Shown one piece after another: positions 17,588 to 28,554 of a stretch of DNA of 64,000 bases. The notes under the pieces were generated by a model. That model saw nothing but the letters and a program-made list of their open reading frames with translations, did not search any database and was not told the DNA's origin. The position numbers and the translations under genes are program-made. Within the stretch, counting starts at the first letter, position 1; each line of letters begins with the position of its first letter. Source of the stretch: Candidatus Woesearchaeota archaeon (GTDB lineage Archaea > Nanobdellota > Nanobdellia > Pacearchaeales > GW2011-AR1); assembly GCA_964355745.1 (NCBI GenBank), contig CAYHEN010000001.1, forward strand, positions 17 to 64,016, written 5' to 3'.

Positions 17588-19462
17588 ATGAAAGCATTGA
17601 TATTAGCAGGAGGAAGGGGGAGCAGATTAAACGAATTCACAAAAGACAAAAACAAGAGCATGATTCCTCTTCTTGAAAAGCCTATAATAGAATATAATTT
17701 AGAGCACGCAGTTGAAGCAGAAGTCAGCGAGATTATAATTGTTATAGGATATAAGGGGAAAGAAATTAAGAAATATATCGGAGAGGAATACAGAGGAATT
17801 CCTGTGAGATATGCTACACAAAAAGAACAGAGAGGACTTGTTCATGCAATCGAATGTGCTAAAGAAGCCATTGGAAATTCTGATTTTTTTCTGATGCTGG
17901 CAGATGAGATTATTCCAAAAGCAAGAATAAAAGACATGGTTAAGAAATTCAAGAAAGAAGAATTATTTGCTGTTTGTGGTGTGGTTTATGAAAGCGATAA
18001 ATTAAGCATAGGAAAGACTTATTCTGCAATGACAAATGAAAGAGGAAGAACTTTTAGATTAATAGAAAAACCAAAAGGGGTCATAAATAAAATTAAAGGG
18101 ACAGGACATTGCATTTTGAAAAATGAAATGCTCGGATATATTGATAGAACTCCGATAAATGCTAACAGAGGGGAAAAAGAATTAGTTGATTGGATTCAGG
18201 TTGCTATTGACGATGGAAAAAAAGTCTATGTCTATCCTATAAACAAAAGCGGATATGTAAATATTAATACAAAAGAGGATTATGAATTGGCAAAAGAATT
18301 GATAAGAAAATCAAATCTAAAAGTTTTGATTGTTCACACGCAGATGAAATATCTTGGAGGAGCAGAATTGCTTATTACTGAACTGGCTAATTGGATGACA
18401 AAAAAGGGAATTAAGAATGATATCCTTGCTCTGTCAAAATCAGGAGAAGCTGAGAGGAATCTGATAAATACAAAAATAATCATTCCAAGGCACAATATTA
18501 ACTTACAACCGCCGGGATTCAAAACAACAAAAGAGATAATAGAATTTATCAGAGTTTATAGAAGAGAGTTAAGAAAGATAATAAAAAATTATGATGTAAT
18601 TAATTTTCATAATTTTCCTGTTACATGGACTTTATCTCCAAGAAAAAAGCCCTGCGTTTGGATGTTGAATGAACCTCCAAATTTATGGAGCAAACCAAAA
18701 GCAAATTTTATTTTAAAGATATTAAACAAAATAAGAAACAGAATAGACAAGGAGATTGTTAAAAATTCTATTGACATCATTTGTGTGGCAGATGAGTTCA
18801 ATAAAGAAAGGACAGAAGAGAGGTATAGGAAAAAGGTAAGAATTGTTTATTATGGGGTTAATCATGAATTTTTTTCTAAAGGAAATGCGAATAATGCTAT
18901 AAAAAAATTTAATCTAAAAAACAAGTTTGTTGTTATTCAGTCAGGCATGATAATTGATACTAAAAACCAGTTAGAAAGTGTAAAGATAATAAATAAAATC
19001 AAGGAGAAAATTCCTTCTGTTCTTTTAGTCTTAGCAGGAAAAATTGCAGATGAAGCATACAAAAAGAAAATAGACAACCATATACAAGAAAATAAGCTTG
19101 AAAAAAATATCTTATTTACTGGAAATTTAAACAGAGAAGAATTAAGAGATTTATACAAGGCTTCAGATATCGGATTATTTCCTGTTGGCAGGCAGGGAGG
19201 GGGGCTTGCGCCCTTTGAAATGCTATGTGCAGGAGTGCCAATAATTGTATCAGAAGATATAGGTGCTGCTTCTATAATAAAAAAATTTGATTTAGGGATA
19301 GCAACAAAAGATTATGCAAATTCTTTATTGGAGATTCATAAAAATAAAAAGCAATATAAAAAGCAGGCAAAAATAGCCTCTGAATTTATCCAAAAAAATT
19401 TGGGCTGGAATGTTTTCAGCGATAAAATGATAAAGGCATTTGAAGATGCAATGAGAAGATAA
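17588..19462 (+). CDS. Sugar-1-phosphate nucleotidyltransferase fused to a GT4 glycosyltransferase
   Basis: N-terminus MKALILAGGRGSRL (G1P thymidylyl/uridylyltransferase signature). C-terminus GGGLAPFEMLCAGVPIIVSEDIG (GT4/GT-B EX7E-region-like). Confidence 0.7.
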   Translation: MKALILAGGRGSRLNEFTKDKNKSMIPLLEKPIIEYNLEHAVEAEVSEIIIVIGYKGKEIKKYIGEEYRGIPVRYATQKEQRGLVHAIECAKEAIGNSDFFLMLADEIIPKARIKDMVKKFKKEELFAVCGVVYESDKLSIGKTYSAMTNERGRTFRLIEKPKGVINKIKGTGHCILKNEMLGYIDRTPINANRGEKELVDWIQVAIDDGKKVYVYPINKSGYVNINTKEDYELAKELIRKSNLKVLIVHTQMKYLGGAELLITELANWMTKKGIKNDILALSKSGEAERNLINTKIIIPRHNINLQPPGFKTTKEIIEFIRVYRRELRKIIKNYDVINFHNFPVTWTLSPRKKPCVWMLNEPPNLWSKPKANFILKILNKIRNRIDKEIVKNSIDIICVADEFNKERTEERYRKKVRIVYYGVNHEFFSKGNANNAIKKFNLKNKFVVIQSGMIIDTKNQLESVKIINKIKEKIPSVLLVLAGKIADEAYKKKIDNHIQENKLEKNILFTGNLNREELRDLYKASDIGLFPVGRQGGGLAPFEMLCAGVPIIVSEDIGAASIIKKFDLGIATKDYANSLLEIHKNKKQYKKQAKIASEFIQKNLGWNVFSDKMIKAFEDAMRR

Positions 19463-19464
19463 CT

Positions 19465-20586
19465 TTAATATTTGATATCATAAGCAGGGCATAATGCACA
19501 TTCCTTAGGACATTTATTTTCTCTTATCATTTTTCTCATTTGGACATATCTCGGAGAATACCAAATTTCCCTGAATGGCTTTTCCAAAACATTTCCAAGA
19601 GACAATTTTTTCTGCCAGTCTCTTGCATTGGCTTCATTCTGAGCACAGCAGGGAGTTATATGTCCTGTTACAAAAATAAAAGGCATTATGTATTCCTTAC
19701 ACCTATTTATAGGGGGTTTTTTTATTAAACCTTCTGCCTCTTGCTTTGCAGACATATTTACAGTTATAGGTATTTTGTATTTCTCTGCTTTCCTCTTAAT
19801 TCTCTCTACATAATTTTCGTCTATTTTAACAGCATATTTTTTAGCTTCTTTGAAATCATGCAACATAGGAGTAACAAGAATCTCTCCAATCTCTGTATTC
19901 AGAGAATGAACAAAATCCAGAAAATCAAAAATCTCCTCTTTTGATTCGCTTGTTATGATATAATGAAAATTTAGTATAGGAAATCTCTTTTTCATTTTTT
20001 TCTTGATGTTGACAAAGGTTTTAATGTTCTTTTTAATTTTTTCGTAATCGCTTCCAACACAAACCCTCTCAAAAGAGCTCTTTGAGGCGCCGTAAGTTGA
20101 AACAAACTGAAAATCAGGACCTATTTCAATAAGTTCTTTTATCTGATTATCGTCCTTGAAATGTGCAAAATGGTCCATTACTTCTACTATTGTCCCTTTT
20201 GACTTAGCATAGGTAAGCATTTTATGAAAATCTTTATTCAAATAAGAGGAACCTATTCCTGTCAAGCCTAGCCATTTTGGTTTTCCGAAATCATCAAATA
20301 TTTTCTTGAATTGCTGAAGATTCATATTTTTAGACGGTTCTTTCCAAAAAGTATGCTCGCAGCACAGACAACGGAAATTGCAGATAGTAGTAGGCTCTAT
20401 TTCCAAAAATGGAGGGAATAAATCAATTCCTAATTTCGGAAATAATTTGTTTAGCAAAAATGCTGCTGTTTTTCTGTTCCACCACAATGGATAGATCCAA
20501 AACATATTGTAAATCTCTCTAAATTTTCCAGCAATAACAAAATTAGAAAAGAGTTTAATCTTATGACTCATAGACATTGTTGGCAT
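19465..20586 (-). CDS. Radical SAM protein with SPASM/twitch-like C-terminal Cys cluster
   Basis: EPTTICNFRCLCC (CxxxCxxC). C-terminal CCAQNE...CPKECALCPAY auxiliary-cluster motif. Confidence 0.65.
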   Translation of the reverse strand: MPTMSMSHKIKLFSNFVIAGKFREIYNMFWIYPLWWNRKTAAFLLNKLFPKLGIDLFPPFLEIEPTTICNFRCLCCEHTFWKEPSKNMNLQQFKKIFDDFGKPKWLGLTGIGSSYLNKDFHKMLTYAKSKGTIVEVMDHFAHFKDDNQIKELIEIGPDFQFVSTYGASKSSFERVCVGSDYEKIKKNIKTFVNIKKKMKKRFPILNFHYIITSESKEEIFDFLDFVHSLNTEIGEILVTPMLHDFKEAKKYAVKIDENYVERIKRKAEKYKIPITVNMSAKQEAEGLIKKPPINRCKEYIMPFIFVTGHITPCCAQNEANARDWQKKLSLGNVLEKPFREIWYSPRYVQMRKMIRENKCPKECALCPAYDIKY

Positions 20587-20692
20587 TTCAGAAAAAAAGG
20601 ATATTCATTTATAAAGATTGTTGATGAATACTAAATAGAAGATATATCTTTGATACATAAATCTATTTAAATATAATTTATGCTTTTTATTT

Positions 20693-21736
20693 ATGCCAAA
20701 AGTTCTTGTAACAGGGGGATGTGGATTTTTAGGCAGCCATATCTGCGAAATGTATATAAAAAAAGGCTGGGAAGTAATTGCTTATGATAATTTAACAAAG
20801 CATGAGTTTGCAAGGAACCCTTATATGAAGCCAGAAGCAAGATACCACAATCAAAAGTTATTGGAAAAAATAGGAATAAGGGTCGCTGTTGAAGACATAA
20901 GAAACAAAGAAGCATTAATGAAACATACAGAAGGATGTGATTATATATGTCATACTGCTAGCCAGCCAACAATGACTCTTAGCTTGGAAGAGCCTGAACT
21001 GGATTTTTCAACAAATCTTATTGGAACATTTAATGTATTGGAAGCTGCAAGAAGATTCAAAATTCCTGTTGCTTCATGCAATTCTGTGCATTGCTATGGT
21101 CCTGATAAAATTAATTCTGAACTAAGTGAGAGAGAAACAAGGTATGTCAGAGAGCCAGTTGCAATAGATGAGAATGAACCCTTATTGCAGGGAGTTGTAA
21201 CTCCTCTTCACGCTTCAAAATCCTCTGCTGAGAATTATGTGAGGTGTTATATTGATACCTTCAAGATTAAGGCTGCAAGTTTTAGACTCACAGGAATTTA
21301 TGGAGAGAACCAGTTTGGAGGAGAAGACCATGGATGGGTTGCGAATTTTGCAATCAGGAACCATCTTGAAATGCCATTAACTATTTTTGGAACAGGAAAA
21401 CAGGTTAGAGATATTTTGTATGCAACAGACGTTGCAGAAGCATTTGATGCATTTCACAGAAATCAAAAACCCGGAATCTACAATATTGGGGGTGGAGGAA
21501 AGACTATGGTTTCTCTACTTGAATGCATCAGTTTAATAGACAAAATCTCTAGAAAAAAGTCTGATATAAGATTTGACAAAGACAGATTTGGAGATTTGAG
21601 ATATTATGTTTCTGATATAAGCAAGGCAAAAAAAGAACTGGATTGGAACCCAAAAGTTCTTCCTGAAGAAGGCGTCAGTAAATTGATAGGATGGATAAAG
21701 GGTAATGAAGATTTATTCATAAGAAGTTTATCTTAA
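20693..21736 (+). CDS. NAD-dependent epimerase/dehydratase (extended SDR)
   Basis: VLVTGGCGFLGSH NAD-binding motif. CYGPDK YxxxK motif. Confidence 0.75.
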   Translation: MPKVLVTGGCGFLGSHICEMYIKKGWEVIAYDNLTKHEFARNPYMKPEARYHNQKLLEKIGIRVAVEDIRNKEALMKHTEGCDYICHTASQPTMTLSLEEPELDFSTNLIGTFNVLEAARRFKIPVASCNSVHCYGPDKINSELSERETRYVREPVAIDENEPLLQGVVTPLHASKSSAENYVRCYIDTFKIKAASFRLTGIYGENQFGGEDHGWVANFAIRNHLEMPLTIFGTGKQVRDILYATDVAEAFDAFHRNQKPGIYNIGGGGKTMVSLLECISLIDKISRKKSDIRFDKDRFGDLRYYVSDISKAKKELDWNPKVLPEEGVSKLIGWIKGNEDLFIRSLS

Positions 21737-21769
21737 TTAAATTTATAAGAGCTATATTTATTTTATTTT

Positions 21770-23131
21770 ATGGCAAAAATAGTATTAGTAAACGCAGGGA
21801 CAAAGTATGAATACGGAGTTCATGAACCTTTGAATTTATTGGTTTTAGCGGCATATGTTAAAAAATTTGGACACGAAGCTTTTATTGCAGACCAGATAGC
21901 AGGAGAAAATATTTTTAAAAAAATTAAAAAAATAAGGCCGGATTTTGTCGGCATAACTGCCACAACAGCAGTTATAAGCGATGCCTATAAAATAGCTGAC
22001 TGGTGTAAGAAAAAGGGATTTAAAACAATATTAGGAGGAGTGCATGTTACTGTTTTGTCAGAAGAAGGATTGAAACATGCAGATTATGTTGTTAAGAACG
22101 AAGGAGAAGATGCCCTAATAAAAATTTTAGAAGGAAAAGCAGAGAAAGGAATAGTAACTGGAAACACGATAATAAATCTGGATACTCTCCCCGAACTTGA
22201 CAGAGATTTGATAAATATTAAACACTATCAAAAAGGCAAAGACAGGAGTCCTGGAACACATTTGCATTTTGTTCCTCCAAACACAAAATTAAATTCTATT
22301 CTCGCAACAAGAGGATGTCCATATAACTGCATTTTCTGCCATAACAGTTGGAGAGGGTTGCCTGTAAGAATGAATTCTGCAAAAAGAATAATTGAAGAGA
22401 TGAAAGAACTTGAAAACAAATATGCAACAGAAGCTGTTTTTTTTATGGATGATGATTTTTTATGTAATAAATCACGAACAAAAGAGTTTTGTGAATTGTA
22501 CAAAGAAGAAGAGCTTAAGATAATTTGGGGATGTCAGGCGAGGGTTACTTCTCGGGGATTAGAATTATTAAAAGAACTAAAAGAAGCAAATTGTAAGCAA
22601 ATTACTTTTGGACTTGAGTCTGGGAACCAAAGAGTGTTGAGCCTTTTAAAAAATGACACTACAACAGTCAAACAAAATAAAGAAGCAATAAAAAAGGTGA
22701 AAGAAGCAGGAATCTTGGCTTGTGGCAGTTTTATGATTGGAAATCCTAGTGAGACAGAAGAGGAAATTTCGGAAACTAGGCAATTCATTTTAGAAAATGA
22801 TTTAGATGGGTTTGGTTTAAGCATAACAACACCATTTCCAGGAACAAAATTGTGGAAGATGTGTGAAGAAAGGGGGATTATCCCAAAAGAAATAGATTGG
22901 AAAAATTTTAATTTGAATAAACTGACCTTTGCACTTAGTGATATCTCTCCCCAGAGGATGGAAGAAATTCACAAAGAGTTTCTTAATCTGGTATTAGAAA
23001 GAAATCCTGGAATGGCTCCAAAAAATGTTTTAAGAGTTGCCATAAAACATCCAAGTAAAGCCCTGAAAAGACTGATAAAAGACCCGAAATCAATAAGGAT
23101 ATTGCTAAAGAGAATTATCAAAAGAAAATGA
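21770..23131 (+). CDS. B12-binding-domain radical SAM protein
   Basis: N-domain DFVGITATTAV...ILGGVHVT, then TRGCPYNCIFCHN. Confidence 0.8.
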   Translation: MAKIVLVNAGTKYEYGVHEPLNLLVLAAYVKKFGHEAFIADQIAGENIFKKIKKIRPDFVGITATTAVISDAYKIADWCKKKGFKTILGGVHVTVLSEEGLKHADYVVKNEGEDALIKILEGKAEKGIVTGNTIINLDTLPELDRDLINIKHYQKGKDRSPGTHLHFVPPNTKLNSILATRGCPYNCIFCHNSWRGLPVRMNSAKRIIEEMKELENKYATEAVFFMDDDFLCNKSRTKEFCELYKEEELKIIWGCQARVTSRGLELLKELKEANCKQITFGLESGNQRVLSLLKNDTTTVKQNKEAIKKVKEAGILACGSFMIGNPSETEEEISETRQFILENDLDGFGLSITTPFPGTKLWKMCEERGIIPKEIDWKNFNLNKLTFALSDISPQRMEEIHKEFLNLVLERNPGMAPKNVLRVAIKHPSKALKRLIKDPKSIRILLKRIIKRK

Positions 23132-24312
23132 AAAAGATTAAAGTCATTATGATTGCCCATTGCTCGCATTCTTATTTTCTTGGAGAAGGAGAAAAAGATT
23201 TGAAAAAGCTTTTTTTAAATGATTGGTATGTAAAAACAGCAAAACAATTAAATAAATTTTACTCAGAAATTGAGGTTGAATGCTGGGCGCCTGAAAAGCT
23301 TAACAATGAAATAGAAGAAATAGTTCTGGAAGAAGTAAAATTCAAGTTTTTCCCGGTTAACTTTTCTCCTATCTATGCTTTAGATTTGTCTATGCCAATG
23401 TTAAAGGAATTAAAAAAAGAAATAAAGAAAAGCGAAGCAGAAGATTATAAATTGATAATTCATATTCATGAAATTCACAATCTTCATGGATTATTGATAG
23501 CCACTCTGTTTAAAAAGCAGAAAATCATAGTACAGCACCACGGAGGAAGTTGGCCTTTAAAGCATTTAAAGCAAACAAAAAGATACAAACTATTTTTCCC
23601 TCTTTTTATTTTAGCGCAAATATGGGAAAATTCAGTTTTGCATAATGTTAGTTGTTTTTATGCTTTAAGTGAAGATGAAATGAATTACCTAAAAAGAGTT
23701 GCTCCTAATTCAAAAATAAAATTTCAAACAATGGGGATTGATGATGAATACTTCAAGAAAGTCGATAAAAAAACAGCAAGAAAAAAATTAGGGTTGCCTT
23801 TGAACAAAAAAATTTTAATTTACATTGGGAGAATCAATGACATTAAAGGAATCGGTTTTTTATTAGAAGCCATGAATAAGTTAAAAAAAGAAGATATTTT
23901 GTTAAAAATAATTGGATTTGGTCCTCAGGAAGACAAATTCAAAAAATATGTTCAAGAGAACGATTTAAAAAATGTAGAATTTTTGGGTGGTGTTTTTGGA
24001 GAGAAAAAGTTATTGTATTTAAGCGCTGTTGATGTTTTTGTTCTTCCTTCATCAAAAGAAGGGGCTCCTGTTACAGTTATGGAAGCCCTCGCAAGAAATT
24101 TGCCTGTTGTGATTACCAATGTAGGGGGAACAGGTTTAATGGTCAAAAATAAAAGAGAAGGAATAATAATCTCCCCAAAAAAAACCGAGGAGATTGTTGA
24201 AGGAATTAAAGAAGTATTGAAATGGAAAGAAAAAGACATAAGAAAGTATGCAGAAATTTATAAATGGAAAAAAATAATTAAAGGAACAGTTAAGGATTAC
24301 TACACGAATTAA
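23128..24312 (+). CDS. Glycosyltransferase family 4 (GT-B)
   Basis: VFVLPSSKEGAPVTVMEALARNLPVVITNVGG, the GT4 E-x7-E region. ATGA overlap with the upstream gene. Confidence 0.7.
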   Translation: MKKIKVIMIAHCSHSYFLGEGEKDLKKLFLNDWYVKTAKQLNKFYSEIEVECWAPEKLNNEIEEIVLEEVKFKFFPVNFSPIYALDLSMPMLKELKKEIKKSEAEDYKLIIHIHEIHNLHGLLIATLFKKQKIIVQHHGGSWPLKHLKQTKRYKLFFPLFILAQIWENSVLHNVSCFYALSEDEMNYLKRVAPNSKIKFQTMGIDDEYFKKVDKKTARKKLGLPLNKKILIYIGRINDIKGIGFLLEAMNKLKKEDILLKIIGFGPQEDKFKKYVQENDLKNVEFLGGVFGEKKLLYLSAVDVFVLPSSKEGAPVTVMEALARNLPVVITNVGGTGLMVKNKREGIIISPKKTEEIVEGIKEVLKWKEKDIRKYAEIYKWKKIIKGTVKDYYTN

Positions 24313-24383
24313 AATGCTAATACAAAGAATAATATTCTATTTGAAAACCAAGAGTTCGATTAGGTCTAAAATGTAAATAATAA

Positions 24384-24884
24384 TTGCAAAAAATGAAAAA
24401 ACTTAATTTTGGGTGCGGAGATTTGATATGGGAAGGATATGATAACTTTGACATACAAAAAGACCCAAGATTAACTAAAAATTTTGATTTTAATAAATTT
24501 CCTTATCCTATAAAAGATAATACTTATGATTATGTATGGAGTAGAAGCGTATTGGAACATTTAAACGAGCCAGATAAGGTATTAAAAGAATTATGGAGAA
24601 TATGCAAGAAAAACGCTATTATAGAAATAATAGTTCCTTATTACAATAATAAATCTGCATTTTCAGATATGCAGCATAAACATTTTTTCTCTGATGCAAC
24701 ATTCAAGGTATTTGTAGATGAGGGAGCGGTTATAAATAAAAAAGGATATTATAAGATAGAATGTTTAGAACTAGTTCCTACAATTATTGGGAAATTCTTT
24801 CCTAAAAAATTAAGAGAAAAACTTTCTTTGTTTCTTGGAGGGGTAATCTCCTATGTTCATGTGAAGTTAAAGGTAAACAAATAA
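24384..24884 (+). CDS. Class I SAM-dependent methyltransferase
   Basis: LNFGCGD (motif I) and SRSVLEHLNEP (Methyltransf_11-like). Confidence 0.55.
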   Translation: MQKMKKLNFGCGDLIWEGYDNFDIQKDPRLTKNFDFNKFPYPIKDNTYDYVWSRSVLEHLNEPDKVLKELWRICKKNAIIEIIVPYYNNKSAFSDMQHKHFFSDATFKVFVDEGAVINKKGYYKIECLELVPTIIGKFFPKKLREKLSLFLGGVISYVHVKLKVNK

Positions 24885-25646
24885 TCATTTCTTTTTGCAT
24901 ATTGCAGTATAATTGATTGTTCCATACAACCCCAACATTGCAGGAATCTTGATTGTGAGTTTCTTTTCTCTTTTCTTCATCTTTTTCATCTCTTCAAGAC
25001 TATCGCAAGAACCAATGTCTCTTCCTATCTCTTCATAAGTTGTTGAAAAATCTTTAGAGAGAAGATGTTTCAAGTCTTTTATTAGGAACATGAAAGGATG
25101 ATGAATGTTGAATATATTTCCTGTCAAAGATTTTTTTATTGTTCCATAGATATTTGCAATTCTGATAAAATTTTTCTGATAGAACAAATTTTCAAAGTGA
25201 AAGATTCCCTTACCTTTTAACACTCTTTTTATTTCAGACAGGGCTTTTTCTGGCTGCTCTACATGGTCTAGCACATTTGCTAAAATTATTACATCAAAAT
25301 AATTATCTTTAAATGGCAATTTCTCTGTTCTTCCTTCTATAAATAAAATTGAATCATAATTCAAACCAAATTTCTTTTTGTAAAAATCTGCCAAGGGATC
25401 AATGGCATATCTTTTTCCTATAGAAATATAATTGATAACATCTTCTGGGCCGCAGCCTATCTGCAAAATCTTGGAATTTTTGTTTAATTTAAGGAATTTT
25501 TTCCATTCGTCCTCTAAAATTTTTGCCTTTTTTTCATGTCTTTCTGCTTCTTCTTTCAAAAGAGTATCTTTTGTGAAGCCTTCCCAGTATTCTCTCTCTG
25601 AATCTTGTGCAATTTCCCAACGTTTAGAGCCAACTGTATTGTTCAT
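24885..25646 (-). CDS. Class I SAM-dependent methyltransferase
   Basis: ILQIGCGPED and DVIILANVLDHVEQP motifs. Confidence 0.6.
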   Translation of the reverse strand: MNNTVGSKRWEIAQDSEREYWEGFTKDTLLKEEAERHEKKAKILEDEWKKFLKLNKNSKILQIGCGPEDVINYISIGKRYAIDPLADFYKKKFGLNYDSILFIEGRTEKLPFKDNYFDVIILANVLDHVEQPEKALSEIKRVLKGKGIFHFENLFYQKNFIRIANIYGTIKKSLTGNIFNIHHPFMFLIKDLKHLLSKDFSTTYEEIGRDIGSCDSLEEMKKMKKREKKLTIKIPAMLGLYGTINYTAICKKK

Positions 25647-25651
25647 TTTAT

Positions 25652-26722
25652 TTAATTTAAGATTTTTTCAGTATACTCCTTTTTCCAGATATCATCATCA
25701 TAATTTTCCATTACAAATTTCCTTGATTTGTCTGAAAGTTCCTTTCTCTCTAAATTTGAAAGATTAAAAAAGTCTTTAATGGCTTGATTCATTTTTTCCT
25801 TGTTTATTTTAACCTTAATTGCATATTCTATTGACTTAACAGGCAAAATATCTGAAATTATTACAGGAGTGGCGCAAGCCATTGCTTCTCTTGGAACTAC
25901 CGGCAAACCCTCAATTCTCGTTGGAAAAAAACATAAATCAGCTGCATTGTAATAATTCACCAGTTCTTTGTTAGGCTTTGGAGGCAAGAGAATAAGATTT
26001 GGGAAATTAATATGCTTAAAACTATTGTCTACTATGTTTCCTATAATGATAAATTTTTTGTCTGGATTTTTCTCTATAACATAAGAGAGTATGTCAGAAC
26101 CTTTTAAGAATCCTATTCTTCCTACATAGATTATTACTCTATCCTCTTTTTTTAATCCTAATTTTTTTCTGATTTTATTCTTATCTTTTGGGTAAAATCT
26201 CTTTGTTGAGAGAGTTGGAGGAAGATAGAAAACTTTTTTCCTTGAAAGAGACAAGTATTTCTTAACTAAATTTACCAAATCTTTTGATGGGAGGATTATT
26301 TTTTTAGGAAAGGGTGAAAAAAGATATGAAAAAAACACTTCAAAAATCCCAATTAACCTCGTGTAAAGAGGACCTACTTTAAATCCTTCTACAGGATTTC
26401 CCAAATTAAAGTATAGAAAATGAGTTTTTGAAAAGAGAGTTGAAAATAAAAGAACAAACTCTTCATAAGGCAATAAACCTAAACTAATCAACCTCTGAAT
26501 TTTATTTTTTCTGCAAAATCTTCTCAATGCAACAAAAGAACCTATTTTAGAGCAGTCAGTATTCACAACCCTTATTCTGTCAAATTTGTAGGAATTTTTG
26601 TGATGTTTGGTTGTAAACAAAAAAACTTCTGTATCTGTTGGAAGAGCTTTTTCCAGATATTTAAGCATGACTTCTCTGTTTGCTGAGTAACTAAAAGTAA
26701 AAATGCAGAGTTTTTTTATCAT
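25652..26722 (-). CDS. Glycosyltransferase family 4 (GT-B)
   Basis: ADLCFFPTRIEGLPVVPREAMACATPVIISD. GT4 C-terminal domain. Confidence 0.7.
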   Translation of the reverse strand: MIKKLCIFTFSYSANREVMLKYLEKALPTDTEVFLFTTKHHKNSYKFDRIRVVNTDCSKIGSFVALRRFCRKNKIQRLISLGLLPYEEFVLLFSTLFSKTHFLYFNLGNPVEGFKVGPLYTRLIGIFEVFFSYLFSPFPKKIILPSKDLVNLVKKYLSLSRKKVFYLPPTLSTKRFYPKDKNKIRKKLGLKKEDRVIIYVGRIGFLKGSDILSYVIEKNPDKKFIIIGNIVDNSFKHINFPNLILLPPKPNKELVNYYNAADLCFFPTRIEGLPVVPREAMACATPVIISDILPVKSIEYAIKVKINKEKMNQAIKDFFNLSNLERKELSDKSRKFVMENYDDDIWKKEYTEKILN

Positions 26723-26795
26723 TATTTCTTGATAAATAGAACATATATAAAGATTATGAAGAAATGTTTATATACGCGTTGTTAGGAAAGAATAT

Positions 26796-27860
26796 ATGGC
26801 CTATAAAATAATGAGATTGACAAAATATTATGATGCCCTCAGAACAAACACTCCTTTCTTTAAAACTTCAAGCAAACAAAAAGCAAGAATTCTGTTTAAC
26901 ATATTAAAATTCTTTATAGACAAAGGAAAATTTGTCATAAGAAACAGGCCAGTAGTGGCTCAGATAGAACCAAATTCTACCTGCAATTTGAAATGCGAAA
27001 TGTGCATCAGAGAGAAGATAGGAGTTCCTATAGGAACTATGAATTTTGAAGATTTTAAAAAGATTTTAGAAAAGTTAGATTGTCTATTTAAAATCCATTT
27101 GTCTGGGCAAGGAGAGCCATTCTTAAACAAGGATTTTTTTAAAATGGTAGAATATGCAAATCAAAGAGGAATTTTAGTGAATACGAATACTAATGCCACT
27201 CTTTTAGATGAGGAAGCGATAAGAAAAATCTGTGATGTGGACATGGGAGAAATCGGAATTTCAATAGAATCTCCTGAAGAAAAAACATATGAAAAAATAA
27301 GGAAGGGTGCAAAGTTTGAAGAACTCATGAGAAATATAAAAAATCTGACTAAAAAAATAAAAGAAGAAAATAAAAAAACAATTGTAAGTTTTGCAATAAC
27401 AATATTAAAAGAAAATGTTGATGATATCCCTAAATTTGTAAAGTTAGCAGAAAGAGTCGGAATTAAAAAGATAGTTTTTCAGACAATGCAAAACAAGGAA
27501 GATTATCTCTCTAAATACAGTGCAAAGACAAGAAAGCAGGGGGTTTTTGATCTGGCAGGAAAGATAGAGGAAAAGATGGGAGAAGCTGTAGAAATAGCAA
27601 AAGAAAAAGGAATAATCTTAATTTTTGACGAAGGAAAAAGCAGTACAGGATGCGTTTGGCCATGGAGGAGCATCTATATCAGTTGGAATGGATTTGTTAC
27701 TGCCTGTTGCAAAATACTGGATTACAGAACCCCTTATCTTGGAAATATCCTCAAAGAAGATTTGTGGAAAGTGTGGAATGGAGACGAATATCAAAAATTC
27801 AGAAGATTGCTAAAAGACAGAAAAGCTCCTCTTCCTTGCAGAGGATGCAGCATGGTTTAA
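26796..27860 (+). CDS. Radical SAM / SPASM domain protein
   Basis: EPNSTCNLKCEMC (CxxxCxxC). C-terminal SPASM-like CVWPW...ACCKILD...CRGC. Confidence 0.7.
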   Translation: MAYKIMRLTKYYDALRTNTPFFKTSSKQKARILFNILKFFIDKGKFVIRNRPVVAQIEPNSTCNLKCEMCIREKIGVPIGTMNFEDFKKILEKLDCLFKIHLSGQGEPFLNKDFFKMVEYANQRGILVNTNTNATLLDEEAIRKICDVDMGEIGISIESPEEKTYEKIRKGAKFEELMRNIKNLTKKIKEENKKTIVSFAITILKENVDDIPKFVKLAERVGIKKIVFQTMQNKEDYLSKYSAKTRKQGVFDLAGKIEEKMGEAVEIAKEKGIILIFDEGKSSTGCVWPWRSIYISWNGFVTACCKILDYRTPYLGNILKEDLWKVWNGDEYQKFRRLLKDRKAPLPCRGCSMV

Positions 27861-28480
27861 TCTTTTGATTTTAAAACATACAAAACATCTCTTACAAACG
27901 CCTGGGGAAATAAATAAGCAAGAAATTTCTTCATTGATTGTGGGATTAATCTTGGCTTTACCGGAAGGAGATAAATTCTTGTTAAAATTTCAAAGCCATT
28001 ATTTTTTAGAAATTTTTCTCCTGACTTTATGGGAAAATAGTGCAAATGTCCATAAGGAGCAAATGGATTTTCTGTAAGATGTCTATTTAATAAAAACCTT
28101 ATTTTGTTTAGAATGTGATAATCATTTGGCAGACTAACAATAATCTTCCCATCTTTTTTTAATCTCTTTTTAGAATCAAGGAGAAGTTTTTGAGGATTTA
28201 CAATATGTTCTAGCACATCAAGGAGAAGAATGAAGTCAAATTTTTCATTTTTGAATGGGAGTTCATTTTTGTTCAAATCTGCTTGTTTTGCCTTTATGCC
28301 TTTTTTTACTAGTTCTGAAATCAGTTCCTCATCAATATCTATACCATAATAAAATGGGTTTTTTAGAAAATCTTTTATCTTCCCATTGTTGCATCCTATA
28401 TCTAAAATTTTTGAATTTTCTTGAATGAATTTTGAGACTTGGGTAAATTTTTCCTTGACAAAAGATTCATGGCTATTCAT
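27857..28480 (-). CDS. Class I SAM-dependent methyltransferase
   Basis: ILDIGCNNG and FDFILLLDVLEHIVNP. Confidence 0.65.
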   Translation of the reverse strand: MNSHESFVKEKFTQVSKFIQENSKILDIGCNNGKIKDFLKNPFYYGIDIDEELISELVKKGIKAKQADLNKNELPFKNEKFDFILLLDVLEHIVNPQKLLLDSKKRLKKDGKIIVSLPNDYHILNKIRFLLNRHLTENPFAPYGHLHYFPIKSGEKFLKNNGFEILTRIYLLPVKPRLIPQSMKKFLAYLFPQAFVRDVLYVLKSKD

Positions 28481-28554
28481 CGGTTAAATAAATTGCATCT
28501 GCTTAAAAACTTTTATATAATTAAATTTTTATACCCTTACCTTTTGGTAGAAAC

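Noticed and set aside
20693-21736. Apparent loss of the catalytic Tyr in the SDR epimerase (LHASK in place of Y-x3-K)
   Set aside because: Re-reading shows a canonical Y-x3-K (CYGPDK) about 12 residues after the Ser-rich ASCNS segment. My first alignment was off-register.
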